64,000 nucleotides of DNA from Octopus vulgaris (Eukaryota), in the NCBI GenBank assembly GCA_951406725.2, contig OX597833.1:20336001-20400000 (forward strand), read 5' to 3'. A model generated the notes under the pieces. The model saw only the letters and a program-made list of their open reading frames with translations, had not been told where the DNA came from and searched no databases. Positions within the stretch are counted from its first letter, which is position 1. Each line of letters begins with the position of its first letter. A program made the position numbers and the translations under genes. Of this stretch, positions 26,001 to 36,400 are shown piece after piece.

Positions 26001-29000
26001 CAATGGTGGTGGTGGCAGTAATGGTGGTGATGTAGGTGGTGTCTGGTGGTGGTGGCAGTGGTGGTGGCAATGGTGGTGGTGGCAGTAATGGTGGTGATGT
26101 AGGTGGTGTCTGGTGGTGGTGGCAGTGGTGGTGATGGTGGTGGTGGTGGCAGTAGTGGTGGTGATGTAGGTGGTGTCTGGTGGTGGTGGCAGTGGTGGTG
26201 ATGGTGGTGGTGGTGGCAGTAGTGGTGGTGATGTAGGTGGTGTCTGGTGGTGGTGGTGATGGTGGTGGTGGTAGCAGTGGTTGTGGTAGTGGAGGTGGTT
26301 GTGATGGTAGTGTCTGTGGCGGTGGTGGTTGTGGTTGTGGTGGTTGTGGTGGTCATGGTGGTTGTATTGGTGGGCTTTCCTACTATTACGAGAAATGTGA
26401 CATGTCATCAAGGTCAGACATCAGTGGATTTGAATGCTAAATTTTCTTTGCTCCTTTTATGAATTAGACACACATCACTCAGTGCTCACAGCACAAGCAA
26501 ATATTGTTTTAGCTTCTGCTTTTTGAAGTTTCTCTATGGAATACCTGTACCTGCTGGAAAATAATGGAATGCTAGGAGAACAGTATTGCTCAAATGTCGT
26601 TTCAACTAATTATAGGTGCATGTGTGGCTATGTGGAAGAAGTCTCCTTCCCAACTGCACAGTTTCAGGTTCATTCTTGCTGCATGGAACCTTGCACAAGT
26701 GTCTTTTATTATATCCCTGAGTTGACCAAAGCCAAGGGATATAATAAGTAGATTTTGTAGAAGGAAGCTTGTTGTGTGCATTGTGTGCATGTATATATAT
26801 GTGTGTCTGTGCATGTATATATATGTGTGTCTGTGCATGTATGTGTTTATGAAAATTCTTTCTACTGTAGATACAAGGCCTGACATTTGGATAATGGGGT
26901 TAGTTAATTACATTGACCCCATTACTCAAATGGTACTTATTTTGTTGACCCTGAAGGGATGAAAGGCAAAGTTGACCTCAGCAGAATTTGAACAGCTTGC
27001 CACCTTAATAATAATAATAATAATCTTCCCTTCATTAATCACTGAGGGTTCATATAAAATGATTGGGGACAGTACAAGTTAATACAATAGAAACAGCGTG
27101 AGTTTGAAATGTGTAATAAATGAAAATTCTAGGAATTAAAATCCCCAACTTCCAAGGGCTGCTCATGGAAACCCCACAAAAAGCCACAAATGCCCTGACC
27201 TCTAGGGCAAGTGCCCTCTCCTCTTTATCGACCCTCGATCTAGAGGTTCAAATGATAATATCTAGCACTCTAAAATGAAAGAGAAGACCTGCAAGGAATG
27301 CTATTGAAGGGTAAGAATGGTCTTAAACTCAGAATTAATGTGATCAGTTCTTTGGCCATACCAGTAACCACCTTTAGCTTTGGTATCATTAAGTGGAGTG
27401 TCACTGACATGCAGAATATGGATGGAAAGATCCATAAAATCTTTACAAGGTACTGAATGCACCATCTAAAATCAGATGTTGACAGGATTTATCTCTCAAG
27501 AAAAATAGGTGGAAGAGGTCTGATACAGCTCGAACAGTCTTTCAAATCAGCAATAATAGGCCTTGAAACATACAAGTGATATGCTCTTATGAACGGCACT
27601 GAAGCATGAAGATTCCAAGCAAGCTTCAGTCATGAAGCTTAGTCAGAAATTTAAAAAGTCTCTTGGCCTATAAGTTAACAATAAGAAAGACTAAAGACAT
27701 CCAAATACTGACGGAACTACCATTGCTTCTCCTAATTTAGAAATTAACAATCAGAAAGACCAAAGAAATCCAAATAGTGACAAACCTATCATTGATGCAA
27801 AAATCATCAAATAAAAAGCAAAGAAGTCTTGCATGAATAATATCGAAGACAACTGGAAAGGTAAACCCCTGCATGGAAAATACCCTAACTGCCTGTCCAA
27901 GCCAGATATTGATCAAAAGCTAACGCACCAATGGCTACAAGGGACAGGTCTGAAAGCGGAAACAGAAGGTTTTGTTATTGCAGCGCAACATCAGTGCTTA
28001 CCTTCCAGAAACTACCATGCAAACATCCTTAAAGATGGATCTGAGCCCTCGTTCAGAATTTGCGGAAAATTCACAGACAATTAATCATGTTGTTTTTGGC
28101 TGCTCAGGCCTTGAGGAAAAGGGCACTTCATAAGACATGAGAGACTAGGGCAGTACATCCACTGGAATGCTTGTAAATACTACAAAATTAAATCCCATGA
28201 TAAGTGATACAGGTACCGTCATGAGGATGCAGTTAATGGTGAGGACGTCATCATCCTTTGGAACTTCCCAATACATACAGAGAGAAAAATTAACTCCAAT
28301 CAACCAGACATTATGATCAAGGACTACAACAGAGGAACTTGTCTGTTAATAGCTATGTCTGTCCCACAAGATCAAAATGTCTCAAGAAAGGAATACAAAA
28401 AGCTTCCTCGCTATAAAGATCTGCAAATTGAAATCAAAGAAATGTGGAAGCTTATTACTATGATAATACCAATAGTAATTGGTGCATTGCAGATGATAAA
28501 GAAGGGAGCTGAGAAGTATATTAAGCAACTCCATGGTAACTCCAATCTCCATGAACTACAAAAGATAACCTTGATGGGTACAGCCCATATACTATGGAAA
28601 GCACATTCCTAAAATGGAATAAATGTGATAATTTTAGCATGCATAGCAAAACAAAAGTACCCTTGATTGGCTTGGCCTCCGGAGGATTCCCAATACTAAG
28701 GCAGCTGAAATAAAGTTATAAATGAAAACAAACAATAATAATAATAATGATAATAATAATAATAATAATCCTTTCTACTAAAAGTACAAGGCCCAAATTT
28801 TGGTACGAAAGGGGTCTAGTTGATTACATCAACTGGTACTTGCATTTTATTGATCTTGAAAAGCAAAGTTGACCATGGCAGAATTTGAACTCAATGTAAA
28901 AAGCCATAAATAAATGCTGAAAGGTGTTTTCTCTGAAAAAAAAAAAAATGATGATGATGATGATGATAACTCTTTGTTAATTCTAATTTTCATTTCTGTT

Positions 29001-29446
29001 TCTTTTTTTCTTTTTCTTCCTAGTTTGGGAAAGTATCAGACAAAGAAAAACAAACTAATGAATTTGATTCTGAGGTGAGTCTCATTTAGAATATTTTGTA
29101 TTTATTTGAATTAAGGACAAGTATCTGTCTGCATCTGGTTAGTAGGCTCTGTGGTTAAAAAGCAAAAGGAAGAAGACAGATAATGTAGTTTTAGATACAC
29201 TCTCTCTCATTACTCTTTTACTTGTTTCTGTCATTTGACTGTGGCCATGCTGGAGCACCACCATTAGTTGAGCAAATTGACCCCAGGACTTATTCTTTGT
29301 ATGCCTAGTACTTATTCTATCAGTCTCTTTTGCCGAACCGCTAAGTTACGGGGATGTAAACACACCAGCATCGGTTGTCAAGTGATGTTGGGGGAACAAA
29401 CACAGACACATAAACATATATGTATGTATGTATGTATATATGTATG

Positions 29447-29479
<33 letters not shown>

Positions 29480-29877
29480 GACGGGCTTCTTTCAGTTTTC
29501 ATAGCCCGAGGCTATAGTAGAAGACACTTGCCCAAGGTGCCAAGCAGTGGGACTGAACCCAGAACCATGTGGTTGGTAAGCAAGCTACTTACTACACAGC
29601 CACTCCTATGCATATATACTACACTATATAAAAAAATGGCATGGTTGCAACTGCAGCCTTCTTCAGAGCTGTGCAAGATCTAGAACTCAAGAATACAAAT
29701 CATGGTAACGGAAAACAAGCATAACTGCGTGATTAAGACGATTGCTTTGTGAAAATGTGGTTTTGGGTTAAGTCCCAATGCACTGCACTTTGGGTAAATG
29801 TCTTCTATTATAGCCTTGGGCATTATGAGTGAATTTGGTAGATGGAAACTGTGTGGAAGTCCAGCATATCTGTCTGC

Positions 29878-29938
<61 letters not shown>

Positions 29939-29949
29939 ATCTATCTATC

Positions 29950-29992
<43 letters not shown>

Positions 29993-30027
29993 CATCCATC
30001 CATCCATCCATCCATCCATCCTCTCTC

Positions 30028-30085
<58 letters not shown>

Positions 30086-30086
30086 C

Positions 30087-30160
<74 letters not shown>

Positions 30161-33100
30161 CATCTATCTCTGTCTCTCTCTAATGTGTATATATATCTGT
30201 GTGTGTGTGTGTCCCACTGATTAGTTAGCAACTGTTGTTGTTTTGTTTATGTCCCTGTAATATCGTGGTTTGGCAAAAGAGATGGATAGAATAAATACCA
30301 GACGTACGAAGCAAACAGTACTGGGGTTGATTTCTTCGAACAAAACCCCCTTCAAGGCGGTACTCCAGCATGACCGCAGTTCACTGAATGAAACCAGTAA
30401 AAGGTAGAATATAAAAGATGCGTTGTATTCCAACTTGTGATAGCAATTGTGAAGATTGTCAAAAAATGACAAAATTATAAGTCGTTGTAAGGGAGATAAT
30501 TCTAATTGGTATCATTAGCAAGGGAGATAACTCCATTAATAATCGCATTTTCTCTTAATACCGAAGTTTTGTGTTCTAAGTGTGTACATTGCTTTTGTGT
30601 TTTTTTTAATGACGGTGCTAGAATCTGAACTCTTAATACTATACTATCTATCTAGATACAACGAAGTATTAAATATCTTGTTCAATCATCATATCTTTGA
30701 GTTGTATATTAAAATTAAATTTCATTAACTGAACGTGGTTTCATAAGTGCAGGTGTGACATTTGTTCGCAGGTGCAAACCCAGGTCAAAATTTATTACAA
30801 ACAAGGTCGATTTCTTTCAGCCTTAACAGAACAGTCTCTTGAGCATTTTCTATTATTATTATTATTATTATTACTATTATTATATTAGTACATCAACAAA
30901 TCCAGATAAATCCAATAATGGAAAACTAATGTAAAATGTGGTATCATTTTGAGCACTTTTACATCTTGGGGTTAGTAGCCCGCGCTCTTAACCCCAAGAT
31001 TCTGAGTTTGATTCCAAGCAGTGACCTGAACACTAACAATAATAATAATAATAATAACATCGAAAAATACCATAGGAATGAGAACCCAGGTTCGAAATTT
31101 CCCCAAGACACCTGAAGAAGGCTGGAGGGTATATCAGCTGAAACGTTGTGTTAACAACAAACAAGATGAGGACAAATATCCGTTGAATGTAAATAATGTA
31201 AATAATTCCTCATCTCTTAAATATAGAACTGTTTCATTATTTTATCGTTCAGAATTCATTTACAAATCTTTTTATTCATTATTTCAATTTGTTCTTCAGG
31301 CTATGAAGTATTTGTCATATGTACTCTATCCTCTATGTATATGTGGTGCTATATATTCCTTAATATACATCCAATATAAAAGGTAAGAATCTGATGTTGA
31401 TTTCTTTTACAATAAATAAATAAATAGATAAATAAATAAATAAATGCATATTTTCTGATTTTGTTTCTCTTTCTAATCCTATTGCCTTTATGGTTTGATT
31501 AAGACAAAGTTATTTTTGTAATTTCAGTTGGTATTCCTGGTTTATCAATTCTCTAGTAAATGGTAAGATAATTTTTTTGCCACTTCTTTTTTATCTTATA
31601 GTGAGACTGCTGCAGTTTTGTTGAAACACTGTTATTAGTGTTTTTTTGTTTATGCTGGTTTGTTATGTGTCGTTGACTTAAATATATCTGGATAAAATTT
31701 TTTTTCTTGGGTGGTTCTTCTAGAACTATCTTATCCAATGTCTCCAGTTTTAAGACAGCAGGGAATTATTTGAGGGTGTTTGGATGCTATTTCTAGAATG
31801 CTGAGCTGCCATGTTGAGTTAAGGATCTGTTGTTGGTAGCTAGAGTAAACTGGTCACTACTTCAGAGGAGTAGGGTCCACCACTGTCACGATGAAAAGGA
31901 GAGTGAGAAAAAAGAATACATCTATGAACTTATAGTTGAAACATGTTAGTGATTGAATCTTTCCAAAGCGTAGGAGTAGCTGTGTGTTAAGTAGCTTGCT
32001 TACGAGCCATATGGTTCCGGGTTCAGTCTCATTGCGTGGCACCTTGGGCAAGTGTCTTCTACTATAGCCTCTGGAAACTGAAAGAAGCCCATCGTTAAAC
32101 GATGATGATGATGATGTGTGTGTCTGTGTTTGTTCCCACAGCATCGCTTGACAATTGATGCTGGTGTGTTTATATTCCTCTAACTGACCAGTTTGGCAAA
32201 AGCGACCAATAGAATAAGTACCAGGCTTACAAGAGAATAAGTCCTGGGGTCGATTTGCTCGATTAAAGGTGGTGCTCCAGCATGGCTGCAGTCAAATGAT
32301 TGAAACAAGTAAAAGAATAAAAGAATATTAGCATGGATTTCCTTAAGCTTAAATCATATTTTTAAACATCCACAGTGCACCTTGACCCTTCTTGTGTGCA
32401 TCAGTGTGCTGCAGTGCACTGTTTGAGAGCTACTGGCCTAGAGTGTTAGTGTGTGAAGCAGCAGCAGCACCATCTCCACTGACCTGGGCAGTACTTCAAT
32501 GTGGAGTTACTTACAGTGTAGTGTGCAGCCATTTTCAAATAGTACTGCCATTTTGTGGTAGCTGGCAATATGACGTAATGTCGTATTGCTGGAGAAACAT
32601 GATTGTCGTTTTCCCATTGGTTGAAATAACTGCTCATATAGGAATTCTGAAAAATTAGTTAAAGAATATTTTTATGTGATTGATTTCAATTCTTTAAAGT
32701 CAAGTTGAGCAGTTATAAAAACCCTGGATTTATTTATCTTCAACATACATGCATGCATAAAATGTCCGTTAGCGTTTCAGAGAATATATTTCTTGCTATG
32801 GCGTTTATGTAGCTGGAGTCTGGATTTATGTATAATGATAACACTTATAAGTGACGGGTTTATCAATATATATCCCTACTTCAAAAGTAAAATATATTTA
32901 TCTACTTCCAAATAGGAAATATATAAAAGTAGCGTTACACTAACAGTAACCAAAACATCGCTATAACAGCTTTGTTGATGGTCAGAAGTTGATCAGTGGT
33001 TAGAAGTTTGTTTCCTAACCACATAGTTTCATGGCACTTTGGGCAATTCTTCTACTATAATCCTGTGCCCAACCAATGCCTTGTAAGTAGATTTGGTAGA

Positions 33101-33376
33101 CAGAAACTGAAAGGAGCCTATCATATATAAATGTGTGTGTATGTTACATTCTCCTTGCTATGACATCACATGACAGTTGTAAACAAGTGTCGCCATCATG
33201 CAAGTGGTGTCCTTTGTTTCCAATTTTCCATGTAAACATGTCTGACCATGTGGAAATATTACCTTGCTTGGGAACAGGTGAGGGTTGGTGACAGGAAGAG
33301 CATCTGGTTGTAGAAAATCTGCCTCAACAAATTCTGCCCAATCCATGCCAGCATGGAAAGGTGGACATTAAAATGG

Positions 33377-33414
<38 letters not shown>

Positions 33415-36400
33415 CTTTCACTGTGTTTTTATTTATTTGCAGGTGTTTATTTGTTTGGCTTTCTCTTCATGTTACCACAACTCTTTGTAAACTACAAGGT
33501 ACAGTTTCAAATTACTCATTACTATTTTTATTAACTGTTGTTATTTCCAATGCAGTAGTTGTGAAGGTGCATGGCTCAGTGGTTAGAGCGTTGAGCTTAT
33601 GATCGTGAGGTTGTGAGTTCGAATCCCAGACCAGGCTGCATGTTGTATTCTTGAGCAAGACACTTTATTTCACGTTGCTCCAGTTCACTCAACTGTAGAA
33701 ATGAGTTGCGATGTTACTGGTGCCAAGCTGTATCGGTCCCTTTGCCTTTCCCTTGGATAACACTGGTGGTGTGGAGAGGGGAGGCCGGTATGCATGGGCG
33801 ACTGCTGGCCTTTCATAAACAACCTTACCTGGACTTGTGCCTGGGAGGATAACTTTTTAGGTGCAATCCCATGGTCTGTGTTGTGACCGAAAGGGGTCTC
33901 AGTTGTGTGGTTAAGAAGTTTGCTTTCCAACCATAGGGGTTCAGGTTCAATCTCACTGTGTGACACTTTAGGCAAGCATCTATTATTATAACCCTGTGGC
34001 TTACTAAAGCCTTGCAAGGGGAATTAGTAGATTGAACCTGAAAGAAGCCCTTTACATATATTTATGAATCTATGTATGTTTGCGTCCACACATACACATA
34101 CATGTGTATGTGTGTGCATGAGTGTGGGTGTGTGTTTGTCTCTTTGGCTTGACTTTGTGGCTAAAGTTGTAAATGAGTGTCACTGTCATACTGGCGGTGT
34201 TGTTCATTTCAAGTCTTCAGTGAAAACATGTCTGATCCTGGAGAAAATATTACATTGCTTAGAAACAGGTGGAGGTTGGCAACAGGAAGGGCATTTGGCT
34301 GTTGAAAAACCTGCCTGAACAAATTCCATCTGACCCATGCAAGCATGGAAAAGTGGATACTAAATGTTGGTGATGATAATGAGGAAATTGATTAAGAAGA
34401 ATTCATAGACTCTGAAGTAGGGTTCTTTGGAAGGATATTTCTTTGTGAAATGATGTTATAAGTAGACAATAAGAAAGATTATCCAAAAGTTTTAATGATT
34501 GTTTTGGTTATCATAATGATATGGTAATTTAAATAATAATCAAGAAATTATTGTATACAGTGCTCAGGTGCATCACAACTTGTCAAAAGTGCGTATAAAG
34601 CATATGCAGTAATGTACAAATGTCTGGGAAGTGAACAGTGTATGAGTCAGATACATGCTTGCGTGTGTATGGAGGGGAGAAAATCAAGTGTAGTGTTGGT
34701 GAATCTCAGGAAGTTTTGAAGGATGCAGTGCTCCGATAACTAACAACTGATGCCGGCAGTCTGTTCCATACTTCAGCAACTCTTAGCGTGAAAAAATGTT
34801 TCTGAAAGTCATGAGAGCTGTGCTGTTTTCTGACTTTGTAAACAAGTCTACGGGTGTTAGACAGGTGTGGTTTGAAAAGGTGCTCAGTTAAGTTGTGTCA
34901 GTTAAGCTTGATAGTGTTGTTGTTATATAGCCTTCAGGTTAGCTTTGATTGAGAAAACTATGACCAAAGATATTGCATCTGTCACTATTCCATCTTTTAT
35001 CCATTCATAGTGTATCTTTGATAGCAATGTCTAATATTTCCTTCATTATTTGAGATGGTAGGATGTGATTTAAAAGGGATTTGGCTGCTATTTCTAGCAT
35101 GTCAAATGACTAAATCAGGTATGGGTAATTTTTTTTAAGAAGTAGGTTGAAAAGTGGGCCACATGAGATATGGCTCATCATCAGGTGGGCACATTACTAA
35201 AAAAAAATTCAAGGTAATTTTTTGTTAGGTTTACCATTCAGAAAAGCCCTAAGGGCAGAATTGTTAGCACATTGGACAAAATGCTTAGCAGAATTTCTTC
35301 CAGTTCTTTAGAATTGGAACTCAGAACAGAAAGAACAAATTCTAACAATTCTCTCTTGGACTGGAAATTTATTAGCCAATTCCAGTACTTGCCTGGTACT
35401 ATTTTTTATTTGCTCAAAAGGATGATAACCAAAGTTAACTTAGGCAGTATTTGAACTCAGAATGTAAAGGGTTGTATCTGAATACAACGGAAATTTTGTT
35501 CAACGCTCTACCAATTCTACAAAACCCTTTTGTTACCATATTTCTTTTGAGATGCTCTGTGTTCCTTTCAATTAATTCTAAATATAACAAAGAATTTAGT
35601 AAAATAACTTAGTTATCATTAAGCTAATGTTAGGAACATAAATTGTGACTAAGGTTTGGTGGAAGATTTTAATTCAAAACTTATAAAAACAAGATATTTG
35701 TACTAGAGAGCCAGAGCCGGTTTCAGCTGAGTTAGTATCAAAAGGGTTAAATTAACCATTTGTTAACCCTTTTGTTACCATATTTCTGTTGAGATGCTCT
35801 GTGTTTCTTTCAATTAATTTTAAATATAACAAAGAATTTAGTAAAATAACTTAGTTATCATTAAGCTAATGTTAGGAACATAAATTGTGACTAAGGTTTG
35901 ATAGAAGATTTTAATTCAAAACTTTCAAAAACAAGATATTTGTACTAGAGAGCCAGAGGCGGTTTCAGGCAGGTTGGTAACGAAAGGGTTAACTCTGGAT
36001 ATTTACTTTCATAATTTATTGTTTTGTTCTATCATTCTTTCTGTTTTATCCAAGATGGCAAGCTGGCAGAATTGTTAGCATGCCAGACAAAATGCTTAGC
36101 TTAATTTCTTCCGGCTCTTTATATTCTGAATTCAAATATTGCTGAGGGTGACGTCTTTCATCCTTCTGGGGTCAATACAAGTACTGGTATTGATGTAAAT
36201 GACCTGCTTCCTCCCCTTCAAAATTGCTGACCTTGTGCCAAAATTTGAAACCATCATTAATATATGTATTTTTCTTTTTACAGTTAAAATCAGTGGCTCA
36301 TCTTCCATGGAGAGCATTTATGTATAAGGTGAGTTACATATGTTTATGAATTTGTTTTGCAAGATTCCTGATGTGAAATTGTGTGTTGAAACAAATATTG

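Noticed and set aside
25758-26462. Pro/His/Thr/Val-rich ORFs of up to 217 aa
   Set aside because: They are translations of a GGT microsatellite and 67-bp minisatellite; the period is not a multiple of 3 and they lie in an intron.
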